Below, one piece after another: positions 24,492 to 39,000 of a stretch of 64,000 bases of DNA. The translations under genes and the position numbers were made by a program. Origin of the DNA: Chiloscyllium plagiosum (Eukaryota); NCBI RefSeq assembly GCF_004010195.1, contig NC_057727.1:18231497-18295496 (forward strand), given 5' to 3'. The notes below the pieces were generated by a model that was not told where the DNA came from, made no database searches, and worked only from the letters and a program-made list of their open reading frames with translations. The first letter of the stretch is position 1. Every line of letters starts with the position of its first letter.

Positions 24492-25320
24492 ATGCCAAAA
24501 GGAAAAGGAGCGAACAAACATCAGCAAGGAGGACACTCTCCTGCAGCACTTTGTATGCCTGTGGCCGTAGCAGCAGCCCCTCCCGAATCCCCCCTGGGGG
24601 ACCAGACGGGGACTCAGGAATTGGTGGCAGTGAGACTTAGTGCGAAGGTTGAGGCTGCGATCAAGGAGATCCATGCCAAGGTCCAACCCATTGCTTCCAT
24701 GCTGCAGAAGCAGGCCCTTGGGGAGCAGGTGGAGGGTCGAACCACAGCCTCAGAAGTGATAATTGAGGCCTTGTTAGGACAAATCCATATACTGAAGCAG
24801 GAAGTGTGGGCCTTACGCGATCAGGTCAGAGGGTGAATCTTCAGATTGTCAGGCTTCTGGAGAGTGAGGAAAGTGGGCAGCCAGTCAGCTTCTTTGCAAG
24901 CTGGCTGTCGCAGTTCCTGGGCTTTCAAATTGAATCGGGACGGCTGCATATTGAAAGGGCGGTGCACAGGTCTAGTCCGGTACAGCACCCCCGCCTGGTC
25001 TTAGTGCACATCTTCATGTACAGGGCACAAGCAAAGAGAGATAGAAGCCTGCAGATCACTGGGGGAAGATCCACAGGCACTGCTGCACAAGGGGTCAAAA
25101 ATTACATTTTTCCAGGATTTCTCAGCCGCTGTAATTCGAAAGAGGAAGTTCTTCAATGAAATTAAAAAGAGGCTGAAGAACCTGGGTATCCAGTATTCCA
25201 TGAAGTACCCTGTGGTGCTCCATTTCAGCCACGAAGACTTAGTTTATATCTTGGCGGATAAAGCCAAGACCTTTATAGACACTTGAAAATAGACCGATTG
25301 GTCTGAAGAATACCGTTAAT
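24492..25320 (+). pseudogene. L1 ORF1 remnant
   Basis: MPKGKG...; NLQIVRLLESEE, IERAVHRS, PRLVLVH, FFQDFSAAVIRKRKFFNEIKKRLKNLGIQYSMKYP are typical L1 ORF1 RRM/CTD motifs; frameshifted. Confidence 0.8.
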
Positions 25321-25879
25321 GTTCGTCCTCTTTTCCTTCTTTCCCAGTGTTTTCCATTTTCCCTTATTTTTCTTTCCCTAATTTTTTTTTTAAGAAAACA
25401 GATCTTGGAATATGTTGTTCCTATTATATTTTTATAACTGGATTTTATTATGGGAAGTTTTGTGGGCATCCTTTGTTGAATTCCCTTTTTTTTGTTCTTT
25501 CTCTCTTTTAGTCACAAGTAGGGATGACATGAAACTGGAGATGGGTAGAGTGCTTATCCTGACTTTTTCTTTTTGTTGACTTAAGGATCATTTCCTTGTT
25601 TATTTACTTTTGTTTGCCTAAGGCTGGGGCACAGTCTGGGCCTGAGGGAGATGTGCAGGAGGGACGTGTCCCCTATGGACAGGGGAGAGTGTCTTCCATT
25701 CAAAGTTTTATAGTTGGTTTTCTTTGTAGTTTTTTTTGGTAGTAATAGCTGTTTGTAGTTATGATAGAATAGTTTTTGTATACACAATTCGGCGACTCTG
25801 AGTCTCCATTTACTTATGCTCGGCATATTTGCAAGCAGGGTTCTCCCTCCTGGCGGTTCACGGGTCTCTGAAAGGGGAT

Positions 25880-28800
25880 ATGGCTAAGTGGCTTGTTAAA
25901 GGGTGCATCTGGAACGTCAAGGGAAATCATTCGCCTGTTAAAAGGGAAAAAAGTGCTTTCTAGCCTTAAGAGGGAAAGGGTTAACTGCCCTGTTGCAGAA
26001 AACCCATCTTAACGATGGGGAACACCTGAAGTTGCAACAGGGGGGTTATGTTTGGGTATTCTTTTCATCCTTTACTACTAAAAGTAGGGGAGTTGCTATA
26101 CTTATGCAGAAAACCTTCCATTCACATTATTAGAGCAGGTGAAAGATGAGCAAGGGCAGTTTGTGATACTTAAAGCCCTGATACATGGGGAGAAATATGG
26201 CATTTTAAATATCTACTACTCTCCAGCGCATCCCCTCAAATTTTTGATTGATGCCTTCTCTAAGCTGAGTGCCTTTGGAACACGCACATTATTATAGGGG
26301 GGGGGGGGGATTCAATTGCCTTTTGGATCCAACAGTGGACGGGATGCCTAGTGGCCCCCCAACAATTTCTTTGCAGGTCAAGCAGGTGACTGACTTATGT
26401 GAGGAGTTGGGACTGGTGGACATTTGAAGATGTCTTCACCCTACCAGCAGGGACTTCACCTTTTTTTCAAATCCACATAAATGTTACATGAGGATTGATT
26501 TTTTTATTTGGCTCCTTCGACCCTTCTGGTTTCGATAATGGGTTGTAAAATTGGGAATATTACTATCTCTGATCACACAGCGGTATATTGGGGGTTAAGG
26601 CCAAGAGTGAGGTGCTTGGTTTGCACCACTGCCATCTGGATCCTTTTCTCCTTAAGGATTCCAAATTTGTGAAATATCTTTTGAGGGAGTTTTGGGAGTT
26701 TCAGGAGTTCCTGACTATCAACCCAGGCACGGCTAGTAGTCCTTCTATGCTATTGAAGACCGCTAAGGCCTTTGCTAGGGGATTAGCTATTTCCTATTCG
26801 GCTAGCCGGAAATGACAGAAGGGGGAACAGCAGCGTCTACTTGAGACACAGCTGAAAGCCGCTGAGACAGCATATTTTGCGAGGCCTTCAGTGACTAAGC
26901 TACAGCGAATCACAGCCCGAAGGGCTGCCTTGAATTCAATACTTACACAAACTGCAAAGAAATCATTTGCTTTTGTTAGACAAAGGATGTTCGAGTATGG
27001 GGATAGGTCAGGGAAGTATTTTGCATATCTGACTAGGAAAAAACGTGCTCCCTAATCCATTACTGCAGTTAGAGACAGCACCGGGGTTCTTACATACGAT
27101 GCCAAAAGGATTAAGAAGGCTTTTCGGAGTTTTTACTCTGAATTGTATCAGTCTGAAGGTTGCGAGGATAGGAGAGCCAAAATTGAAGCCTTTTTAAGAG
27201 CCTGAACCTCCCAGGGATAAGCTTGGAACAGGCCTCTCTCCTCAATACCCCCTTGACAGTTCAGCAAGGCAGCTAGGCAACTTCAGAATGGAAAAGTGCC
27301 CAGCTGTGATGGTCTCCCTGGTGAGTTTGACAAGGAGTTTATAGAGATTCTGTCAGGACTGATGCTGGAAATGTACAATCACTCCTATATGAATGAATGC
27401 CTACCACCACCTTTGAAAGAAGCTAATGTTTCCCTCATTCATAAGAAGGGGAAAGTTCCTCAGGATTGTGTCTCACACAGGCCCATCTGTCAATTAAATG
27501 CAAATTTTAAGATTCTATCTAAGATTTTGGTACTAAGATTGGAGAAGGTATTGCCCTATATTGTCAAAAGAGGACCAGACAGATTTTATAAGGGGCCATA
27601 GGTCTTCTATTAATATTAGAAGGTTGCTGACTATGATCCAGGCATGTCAGCAACGATTGATCCAGGGGTTAGTGATTTAGAGTCATAGAGATGTATAACA
27701 TGGAAACAGACCCTTCGGTCCAACCCATCCATGCCAACCAGATATCCCAACCTGATCTATTCCCACCTGCCAGCACCCGCCCCATATCCCTCCAAACCCT
27801 TCCTATTCATGTACCCATCCAAATGCCTTTTAAATGTTGCAATTGTACCAGCCTCCATGACATCCTCTGGCAGCTCATTCCATACATGTAGCACCCTCTG
27901 CATGAAAAAGTTACCCCTTGGGTCCCTTTTATATCTTTCCCCTCTCACTCTAAACCTATGCCCTTTAGTTCTGGACTCCCCCACTCCAGGGAAAAGACTT
28001 TGTCTATTTATCCTATCCATGCCCCTCCTAATTTTGTAAACCTCTATAAAGTCACCCCTCAGCCTCTGACACTCCAGGGAAAACAGCCCCAGCCTGTTCA
28101 GCCTCTCCACATAGCTCAAATCCTCCAACCCTGGCAACATCCTTGTAAATCTTTTCTGAACCCTTTCAAGTTTCACATCTTTCCAGATAAGAAGGAGACA
28201 AGAATTGCGAGCAATATTCCGACAGTGGCCGAACCAATGTCCTGTACAGCCACCACATGACGTCCCAACTCCAGTACTCAATACTCTGACCAATAAAAGA
28301 AAGCATACCAAATGCCTTCTTCACTATCCTATCTACCTGCGACTCCACTTTCAAGGAGCTATGAACCTACATTCCAAAGTCTCTTTGTTCAGCAATACTC
28401 CCTAGGACCTTACCATTAAGTGTATAAGTCCTGCTAAGATTTGCTTTCCCAAAATGCAGCGTCTCGCATTTATCTGAATTAAACTCCATCTGCCACTTCT
28501 CAGCCCATTGGCCCATCTGGTCAAGATCCTGTTGTAATCTGAGGTAGCCCTCTTCGCTGTCCACTACACCTCCAATTTTGGTGTCATCTGCAAACTTACT
28601 AAGTGTACCTCTGATGCTTGCATCCAAATCATTTATGTAAATGACAAACATAGAGGACCCAGCACCGATCATGGTGGCCCTCCACTGGTCACAGGCCTCC
28701 AGTCTGAAAAACAACCCTCCAGCACCACCCTCTATCTTCTATCTTTGAGCCAGTTTTGTATCCAAATGGCTAGTTCTCCCTTTATTTTGTGAGATCTAAC

Positions 28801-31800
28801 CTTGCTAACCAGTCTCCCATGGGGAACCTTGTCAAACGCCTTACTGAAGTCCATGTAGATCACATCTACTGCTCTGCCCTCATCAATTCTCTTTGTTACT
28901 TCTTCAAAAGTCTCAATCAAGTTTGTGAGCCATGATTTCCCATGCACAAAGCCATGTTGACTATCCCTAATCAGTCCTTGCCTTTCCAAATGCATGTACA
29001 TTCTGTCCCTCAGGATTCCCTCCAGCAACTTGCCCACCACCGGCGTCAGGCTCACCGGTCTATATTCCCTGGCTTGTCCTTACCACCTTTCTTAAACAGT
29101 GGCACAACGTTAGCCAACCTCCAGTCTTCTGCAACCTCACCTGTGACTATCGATGATACAAATATCTGAGCAAGAGGCCCAGCATTCAAGAGTTCTAGGG
29201 TACACCTGATCAGGTCCTGGGGATTTATCCACTTTTACCCATTTCAAGACATCCTCCAGCACTTCCTCCTCTGTAATATGGACATTTTGCAAGATGTCAC
29301 CATCCATTTCGTTACTTTCTCTATCTTCCATATCCTTTTCCACAGTAAACACTGGTGCAAAATATTCATTTAGTATCCCCCCTCCATTTTCTGCACCTCC
29401 ACACAAAGGCCATCTTGCTGATCTTTGAGAGACCCTATTCTCTTCCTAGTTATCCTTTTGTCCTTAATGTATTCATAAAAACACTTTGGATTCTCCTTAA
29501 CTCTATTTGCCAAAGCTATTTCATGTCTCCTTTTTGCCCTCCTGATTTCCCTCTTAAGTATACTCCTACTGCCTTTATACTCTTCTAAGGATTCACTCGA
29601 TTTATCCTGTCTATACCTTACATATGCTTCCTTCTTTTTCTTAACCAAACCCTCAATTTCTTTAGTCATCCAGCATTCCCTATACCTACTAGCCTTTCCT
29701 TTCACCCTAACAGGAATATACTTTCTCTGGATTCTCGTTATCTCATTTCTGAAGGCTTCCCATTTTCCAGCCATTCCCTTACCTGCGAACATCTGCCCCC
29801 AATCAGCTTTTGAAAGTTCTTGCCTAATACTGTCAAAATTGGCCTTTCTCCAATTTAGAACTTCAACTTGTAGATCTGGTCTATCCTTTTCCATCACTAT
29901 TTTAAAACGAATAGAATTATGGTTGCTGGTCCCAAACTGCTTCCCCACTGACACTTCAGTCACCTGCCCTGCCTTATTTCCCAAGAGTGGGTCAAGTTTT
30001 GCACCTTCTCGAGTAGGTACATCCAGATACTGAATCAGAAAATGTTCTTGTACACACTTAACAAATTCCTCTCCATCTAAACCCATAACACTATGGCAGT
30101 CCATAGATGCAAGTGCATTTCCTTAGATGCAGAGAAAGCATTTGACCAGGTGGAATGGCCATACCTCTTTTATGTCTTGGAGCCGTTTGGGTTGGGTGGG
30201 GTCTTTGCTAAGTGGGTGGAGGTTTTAAATCACCACCCTCTGACCGGGATCATCACCAACAGGGTGAAGTCTGGGAACTTTAGGACAGGTAGGGGTAGTT
30301 GTCAAGGCTGCCCCCATTCACCATTGTTGTTTATGTTGGTGATAGAACCGCTGGCAGAGGCCATTTGTCAGAACATCGACATAATCGCTGCGGAAGTGGG
30401 ATCAAGGGTATACAAAATTACACTGTGTGTGGATGATGTCCTTCTGTTTTTATTGAACCCGATGACCTCCGTTCCCTATCTGATACAGTGTAGTAATTCA
30501 TTTGGGGCTATTTCAGGATATAAGATCAACTTTACTAAGTTGGAGGCTATGCCCTTGGGGGACCTCAAGGAAGTTCCAGAGGCTGAAAGTGGCCCTAGGT
30601 TCCCCTTTAGATGGTCACAGGTGGGTTTCTGATACCCAGGTATCTTTATTACCCCCATGTTTGGTCGGTTATTTCGGACTAATTTTGCTCACCTGCTTGA
30701 CAATATTTGGCGGGATCTTCAGAGATGGGAGGCTTTTCCAATTTCTTAGTTGGGCCAAATAGCCCTTATTAAGATGAATGTCCTCCCTCGTTTGCTTTAT
30801 CCCATGTGTATGCTCCCTATAATGTTTTCTGGGTCAACGTTGGGGAAACTTATGGGTTGGCTTAGTTCCTTCGTCTAGTGTCGTGGACGGCCCCTCATCA
30901 AAATTACTAAATTGCAGTTGCCTCAAGGATGGAGAGGAGTTGATTTCATAGGCATCAGGAGTTATCAGTTGGGTTCCCTGTTGTCCTTTGTGTGCGATTG
31001 GGCAAGTAACTATCCAGTCTCAGTATGGCTGGATATCAAGGCCTCCCAGGCAAAGTGCTCTCTTATTAACCTATTGTTCATGGATAAGATGAGGACAGTT
31101 ATGGACCACTGCCGGAACCCCATTGTTATTAGTACAGTCAAGGCATGGAGGGCAATGCGCGAGAGTGAGAGTTGCTTATCCAAGACTTCGCCACTTACTC
31201 CCATAGTTGGTATGCCAGGGTTCCGACTAGGGATGGTGGACTCAGGGTTCAAACTATGGGCGGCGAGAGGAGTTTCAAGTTTGGGAGACTTGTTTGAGGG
31301 GGACGTTATGATGTCTTTCGAGCAACTGAGCTGCAAATACTGGCTGCCCAGCAGAGATCTTTTCTGTTTTTTTCAGGTTAGGGATTTCATCCAGAAGAAG
31401 AATACACTTCTCACTAAGCCCTATAAGCCAGATACAGAGAGATTGTTGCTATGTTCCACAAGCACCCTTTCGGTTAGTGCCCTTAATCACCTGCTGAGGG
31501 TAGGGCCTGGCAGCATATCAACTGGTTATGTGAGGTTTGGGAGAAAGAGTTAGGAGTGGAGATCTCTTCTGAAACGTGGGAGGACATATGGGAGAATGTG
31601 CGAAAGATCTCAATTTGTAATAAGACATGCGCTTTGCAGTTAAAAGTTCTGCATGGGGGTTCATTTGGCACCGGACCATCTGGTGAAGTTTAAAAAAGGG
31701 GCATCGCCAATGTGCCCCAAATGTAAAATAAGTGTAGGTATTCTTACCCATTGCTTCTAGACATGCCACAGACTCCATGCTTATTGGAGCGTCGTGGCAG

Positions 31801-32105
31801 GAGAGATAGGGAGGGTATTGACGATCAAAGTTAAAGTAGACCCGATATCTCTCCTAGGTCTACCGAATTTATCATCTTTAGACGGGCATAGGAAGAAACT
31901 ATTTAACATTCTTACTTACTGTACATAGAAGAAAATTCTGATGAATTGGATGTCTAAGGAAATTAATTCTGGAGCACGTTCCCTTGGATTTTTTTTTACA
32001 AATATGGTGCACCACAGAACAGACCTTTTTTATAAGACATAGCAGCCATTTTTGAGTTATTTGGACACAGATCTGTCTGCTATCTTAATCAGGGCATTCG
32101 TTTAA
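25880..32105 (+). pseudogene. L1 ORF2 remnant (APE endonuclease, RT, CCHC knuckle)
   Basis: WNVKG, LQKTHL, SDH endonuclease motifs; ISLDAEKAFD, QGCPHSPLLF, CVDDVLL RT motifs; CPKC-x8-H-x4-C near 31710-31765; many stops and frameshifts. Confidence 0.88.
27679..30111 (-). mobile_element. CR1 (HER1-like) LINE, about 2.4 kb, inserted antisense into the L1 RT
   Basis: Long ORF2 peptides from the endonuclease end through RT to the tail; splits L1 GLVI/SLDAEKAFD with an AGTG(C)ATTT duplication. Confidence 0.95.
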
Positions 32106-33286
32106 CCAGGATGGGTAGGTTCGCTCACCCCTGGACCCTGGAGGGGTGTCTCCTGAGTTAATACAGGTACATATACAATGCTCTCGTTTTTTTGTTTGGG
32201 AGCTTTGCACCGAACATTGTTATTTTGTGTTATTGTGTGTCCTTTTGTTGTTTTTTTATTTTATTAGTCACTTACTTATTGGTGTTGTTTTGCACAGTGT
32301 TTGTTTTGTATTATAGGGTAGGTTAGGAGTTAGTAGATAGTAATTGAATTGTAATTTGCATTTTTTTATTATACTGGTATTTGTCATATTTTCAATAACT
32401 TTATATTTTTGTAAAGTCAAAAAAAAATTTTTTTTTGCTAATAAATATATTTACAAAAAAATGTGCCTGGTCTTTTGAATGAGAAACTCATCATATTTGG
32501 GATTGTTTATGAAACAATAAATGGGCACTTTAGAAAGGACGTGAGATAAACTAAACTTTCAAATGAAAAATGAATCTGAAGATGGTGTTAGTGTGAGTGT
32601 CAACTGAAATCTTACAATATACCAACTTGCCCATATTTCAGGTAGTAATCCAGAGATTGGCAACCTGGACATTCTGTTTTCTGATTTCACTCTTAACTGT
32701 TCAACCTCTTTCGGCAGAACCTCCTTTAAAGACCTACTAATGTCACTGGTCAAAGTGCGGATGACAACGATGATGATAGGAGCTCTACCCCCTTCCAAAT
32801 ACTTTTCTAGCCCTGAGGAGATATCCATAACCCTGGCACTGGATATCAGTCCATCTTGCTTGTCAATAATGATAAATCTAAAACTTTAGTATTCAATTCA
32901 CTTCCAGTTCAGCTCAAATTAATTTCAATGGATTTTAAATCCCTCAAATTTTGAAGACATAGCTTATATATCTTGATTTTCCAAGAAAATTAGGCACATA
33001 AGTTCACAGGCTGAGAGGAACACAACATCCATTTTAGTAAAGCATACAACTTGAACTGATAGAATAATGAAAATTGAGATGTTTGTATTATTTTAGCTTA
33101 AGTGCCATACAACTTCAAAAAAAAAACTGGAATTGCATTTTGTTTACCTGTGCTTTGATGTTTAAAAAATGCATCCTTCCTGCCAATGCTGCAATTTGGA
33201 TCAGAAACAACTGTGCTAAGCTCAACTATGGGTAATCAAAAAGGAATTAAGGGAGAGCTCGCTGGAATGGGCTGGGAAAGGAGTTG

Positions 33287-36073
33287 TCAAAAAGTGTGGC
33301 GTTGGAAAAGCATAGCAGGTCAGCCAGCATCCAAGCAGCAGGGAATTCGATGTTTTGGGTATAAGCCCTTCATCAGGAATGTGGGGGTGGGGGGGAAGGT
33401 GGGGAAGCTAAAAGATAAATAGGAGGTTGGGGGTGGGAGCAAGGTAACTGGGAAGGCAATAGGTAGTTACAGGTCAGGGGTGATAGTGAAAGGTGAGAGG
33501 GGAGTGTGGAGCAGATAGGTGGGAAGGAAGATGGACAAGTAGGGCAGTTCAAGAGGGCAATGCCAAGTTGGAGGATTTGGAATGAGTTGGGTGGGGGGAA
33601 GGGAGACAAGGACACTGGTGAAGTCGACATTGATGTCATGTAGTTGAAGAGTCCCAAGGCAGATGATGAGGCGTTCTTCCTCTAGTTGTCGTGTGGTTTG
33701 GATTTGGTGGTGGAGGAGAACTGGGACTTGCATGCCCTTAGCAGAGTGGGAGGGGGAGTCGAAGTGGTTGGCCACAGGGGCGGTGGGGCTGTTTGGTGAG
33801 TGTGTTCCAGAGATGTTCCCTGAAACGTTCCGTGAGTTGGCATCCTGTCTCCCTAATGTAGACGAGACCACATTGACAACAACGGATACAGTGGATGAGG
33901 CATTTGGATGTGCAGGAAAATCTCTGCCGGATGTGAAAATATATTTTGGAACCTTGGATGTACGTGAGGGATGCAGGTTTTACACCTCTTGTGGCAGCAT
34001 GGGAAGGTGCCAGGAATGGAGGGTGAGTTGGTTAGGGGGCATGGACCTAATGAGGGAGTCACAAATGTAGGAGGTAGAAATGGGGGAACGATAATTTGCT
34101 GTACCTGGAGATTAGTGCAGTGGAAGGTGAGGACCAGGGGGGTTCTATCCTTGTTGTGGGTGGAGTGGTGGGGTTCAAGGGTGGTGGTACGGGAAGTGGA
34201 GGAGATACGCTGGAGAGCATCGCTGATAACGTGGAAGGGGAAATCGTGGTCCTTGAATTAGGAGGACATCCAAACTCATAGTCCCAGAACCCCACACTGC
34301 CCAGATCCACCTCTTACCCAAAATCCACAAACCTGACTGCCCTGTTTGACCTATTGTCTCATCTGCTTCTGCCCCATTGAACCTATCTTCTCATATTTTG
34401 ATACTGTCCCCCTTGGCCCAGGAACACCCACATATACTTGGGACACCATCCACACCCTCCACCTCCTCCATGACTTTCATTTCCCCAGCCCCCAAAGCCT
34501 CATCATGTAAATGTCCATCTGCCATGGCAAAGGCCTCGAAGCCCTCTGTTTTTTCCTCTCCCATCAACCCAACCAGTACCCCTCCACTGACACACTCATT
34601 TGATTGGCAGAACTGGTGCTCACCTTCAACAACTTCTTCTTCGAATCCTCCCACTGCCTTCAGAACAAAGGGCATGGACACCCACATGGGCCACAGCTAT
34701 GCCTGTCTCTTTGTAGGATATGTGGAACAATCCATCTTCCACAGTTACACTAGCACTATTCCCCACCTTTCCCTCCACTACATCAATGACTCTATCGGTG
34801 CTTCTCCGTGCTCCCACAAAGATGTTGAACAGTTCATCAACTTCACTGATACTTCCATCCTGACCTTACGTTCTGCTGGACCATGTCAGACATCACCCTC
34901 CCCTCCCTGAACCTCTCCGTCTCCATCTCCAGCAATTGCCTCAATACGGACATCTATTTCAAACCCACTGACTCCCACAGGTACCTGGACTACACCTCCC
35001 CCCAACACCAGCACACACCCCTGTTCCCCCATCAACCCCCACCTCCACTCCCTTCCCCCCCAGAAAAACACAATCTCTTTCTCCTAATTCCTCCAGCTCC
35101 ACCATATCTGCTCCCAGGAGGAGCAATTCCACTCCAGGACATCTCAGATGGCCTTCTATTTCAAGGACCACAGTTTCCCCTCCAATGTGATCAACAATGC
35201 CCTCCAGTGCAAATCCTGCACTTCTTGAACCTCTGCCCTCAAACCCCACCCCTCCAACCAAAACAAGGATGGAAACTCCCTGATTCTCACCTTCCATGCC
35301 ACCAATCTCCATATACAGTGCATGTCCGCCCTCCCCTCCCCCATCCTCCACTTCCTTGCCATCTCACCTCCCACCACACCTCTGTCCAAGGGTCCAATGG
35401 ATCTTTTCATATCCAGCAAAGATTTTCCTGCACATCCAAACACCTCATCTACTGTGTCCATTGCTCTCGATGTGGTCTCCTCTACATCAGGGAGACAGAA
35501 CGCTTACTCATGGAAAGTTTCAGTGAACACCTCTGGGACACACACCAAACAACCCCACTGCCCTGTGGCCGACCACTTCAATTCCCCCTCCCATTCTGCC
35601 AAGGATATGCAAGTACTGGGCCTCTTCCACAGCCAAATCCAAGCCACCTGATGGTTGGAAGAAGAAGGCCTTATCTTCTGCCTTGGGACCCTTCGACCAC
35701 ATGGCATTTGCATTGACTTCACCGGTTTCCTTATCCCTCCTCCTGCCACCTCATCCCAGATCCAACCTTCCAACGTGGCACTGTCCTATTGAACTGTCCT
35801 ACCTGTCCATCTTCCTTCCCACCTATCCGCTCCACTCTCCCCAGTGACTTATCACAACCCCTGCGTCTACCTATCACCTTCCCAACTACCTTCACCCCAC
35901 CCCCACCTCCTATTTACCTCTTAGCCCCCTTCCCTCCCTCCACATTCCTGATGAAGGGCTTATGCCCAAAACATCAACTCTCCTGCTCTTCAGATGCTGC
36001 CTGACCTGCTGTGCTTTTCCAGTGCCACACTTTTTGACTCTGATCTCCAGCATCTGCAGTCCTCACTTTCTCT
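33287..36073 (+). mobile_element. Penelope-like element (Neptune-like): long 5' inverted segment (33287-34260), then RT, GIY-YIG and pLTR
   Basis: PKIHKPDCP, MGHSYACLFVGYVE, YFKPTDSH, CCHKRCKTC linker, LIYCVHCSRCGLLYIRET; flanked by a TGGGAAAG(G/A)AGTTG duplication. Confidence 0.9.
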
Positions 36074-36087
36074 TGGGAAAGAAGTTG

Positions 36088-39000
36088 AGCAGTTAAGATG
36101 GTTGAGGAACAATGGCTGATGTTCAAGAAGGTAGTTCATGGCTCACAGCAAGGATATATCCCAGTGGGAAAGAAGGATTCCAGGAAGGGGATAAGCCAAC
36201 CAAAGTTAACCACGGAAGTTAAAAGTAGCTCCAAGTTAAAATGAAACAATGTGGCAATGTTTAGTACTAAGACAGAATATTAGGAAAGTACAAAAAATGA
36301 ATAACAGACTAAAAAGAGAGGGAGAAGTTGTCAATTTTCATCAATGACATAGACGAGAATGTAGAGGGATAATAAGTAAATGACATAAAGATTGGCTGAG
36401 TGGTTGACAGTGAGGACGAAGGTCTTCAGTTACAGGAAGATTTGGACAGATATTGATATAGAGTTGAAGTGCATGGCGCTGGAAAAGCACTCCGGTCAGG
36501 CTTCATCCAAGGAACAACATTTTGGGCATAAGCCCTTCATCAGTAATGAATAGCCTGATCTCCAGCATCTGTAGTCCTCACTTTCTTCGTGATATCGATA
36601 TAGGGTTGGGCAGATCGGGGCAGATAGAACTTAACCCTGATAACTGCGAGGTGATGCACTTTGGAAGAAGCAATGAGACAAAGAAGTTCTCAATGAATGG
36701 CAGGACACTAGGTAGCTCAGAGGAAATTTGGGGTGCTTGTTCATGAAAGCGGCTGGACAGGTTAACAGGGTAGTTAAGGCATATGGACACTTGCATTTAT
36801 CAATCAAGGTGGAGATTATCAGAGCAGGGAGGTTATGTTGGGGCTGTACAGCTCCATTGATCCGGCCACAATGAACGAACTTTGTTCAGTTTTGTTTAAC
36901 ACATTATAGAAAGGATGTGATTGCACAGGATTGGGTACAAAGGGAACTCACCAGGATGTTGTCTATAATGGAGCTTTCCGCTCTGAACACAGGCTGGATA
37001 AGCTCACATTGTTTCCTTAAGAGCAAAGAAGGATGAAGGGGAACCTGATAGAGGGGTATAAGATTATGAGGGACATGGACAGAGTGAACAGAAAGCAACT
37101 GTACTCCTTAATTGAAGAGTCAAGAACAGGCACATGAAGTGAAAGGCAGGAGATTTAAAGGGGATTTGAGGAAAGGTTTGTTCATCCTAAAAGTGGTGAG
37201 TGTCTGAATTGCACTGGTTGGAGGGTAGTTGAAGTTGGTAACCTCACAACCTTTAAAAAGTATTTGGATAAACACTTGAAGTGTCATAATTTTCAAGGCT
37301 ATGGGCCTAGTAGTGAAGTGAAACTGGAAGTCAAATTCATGTAGGTAGCATGAATTTCAGTGGTAAAGACTGATGGTCCAAAGAATGTCTTCTATACCAT
37401 ATGATTCTAAGATAAACTTTAAGGTAATTTTACAAGTAATGTCAAGCTAGATAGCAAGAATTTCTTTAAATATATTAAAAGGAAAAGAGAAGTCAAAGTG
37501 AACACAGGCCCCTTCGAGAATGAGGCTGGGAAATAATAATGGGGAACCAGAAAATGGCAGAGGAATTGAATAAATAAATCAAACATTCCAAAACTACTAA
37601 ATATTCACGGGGCAAAAGGAGGAGAGGAAATAAACGCAGAAGCTATCACTAGAGAAAAAGTGCTAGGGAAACAAATGGGGCGAAAGACTGATAAATGCCC
37701 TGGGTGTAACGGAATGCATCCTAGGATAGTAAAGAAAGTAGGTACAAAGAGGTGTTTTGGTAGCAATCTTCCAAGAATTTGTTGACTCTGGGAAAATCCC
37801 TGAGGACTAGACTAGACAACTGCCAATAAAACACATTTATATCACAAAGGAAACCTTTAAAAAGGACAAAACACAGGTATCTTAACATTATTAGGATATA
37901 ATACCACAGCATTTAAAAATATGTATGTTCGAGCAGAGTCACCACATCTTCATGTGGGTCCACATTAGGAGTCAACTTAGAATGGAAATGAGGTGACATT
38001 TCTTCAGCCAGAGAATGGTGGGCCTGTGGAATTCATTGCCATGGAGTGCAGTGGAAGCTGGGACTTTAAATGTCTTCAAGGCAGAGATTGATAAATTCTT
38101 GATCTCGTAAGGAATTAAGGGTTACGGTGAGAGTGCGAGTAAGTGGAGTTGAAATGCCCATCAGCCATGATTAAATGGCGGAGTGGACTTGATGGGCTGA
38201 ATGGACTTTCACTCTTATGTCTTATGGTCTTATGAAGGGAATGCACGTCTGACAAACTTACTAGAATTCTTTGAGGAAATAATAAAAGGATGGATAAAGG
38301 GAAAGCAGATAAAGCATTTGATAAGGAACCAAACATTAGACCACTTAATAAGACAAGACCCCGTGATGTTAGTGGTAATATATTCAACTGGATATAGAAT
38401 TGGCTAACTAATAGAAGACAGAGAGTTGGGATAAGGGGGGGGGCACTTTCAGGATAGCAACCTGTGACTAGTGATGTGTCACAGGTATCGGTGCTGAGGC
38501 CACAATTATTTACAATATATTCATGACTGAAGTGAATGTACTATCGTCAAGTTCGCAGAAAACACAAAAAGTAAGTGGAAAGTCAAGTGATGAGGATAGC
38601 ACAAAAAGTTTTCAGAAGGATTTAGACAGTTAACTGAGTGGCCAAAAACTTGGCAGATAGAACATAATGCAGGAAAATGTAAAGTTATGCACTTGGCAGG
38701 AAGACTAAAGGAGCTGAATACTATTTAGATTGGATTAGATTCCCTACAGTGTGGAGACAGGCCCTTCGGCCCAACCAGTACACACCGACCCTCCAAAGAG
38801 TAACCCACCCAGACATATTTTCCCTCTGACTAAATGGAGAAAGATTGCAGAAAGACCATAGCAGTGGATTTTGTGGTCCTTGTCCATGAATCACAAAAGC
38901 TCACCTGGTAATAGGGAAGGCGAGCGAAATGTTGGCATTGGTTTCAAAGGGAACGGAATTTAAAAGTAGGGAAGTTTGTTAAAACTCCACAAGGCACAAA

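Larger units (their letters stand above)
24158..32461 (+). mobile_element. Decayed full-length L1-clade LINE (5' UTR, ORF1, spacer, ORF2, 3' UTR) with a nested CR1
   Basis: Starts with a CAAGATGGCGG (YY1-type) motif; ORF1 and ORF2 remnants as below; T-rich 3' UTR ending AATAAATATATTTACAAAAAAA. Confidence 0.9.

Noticed and set aside
29370-30104. 244-aa ORF as a possible domesticated gene
   Set aside because: It is part of a young CR1 ORF2 that has frameshifts elsewhere.
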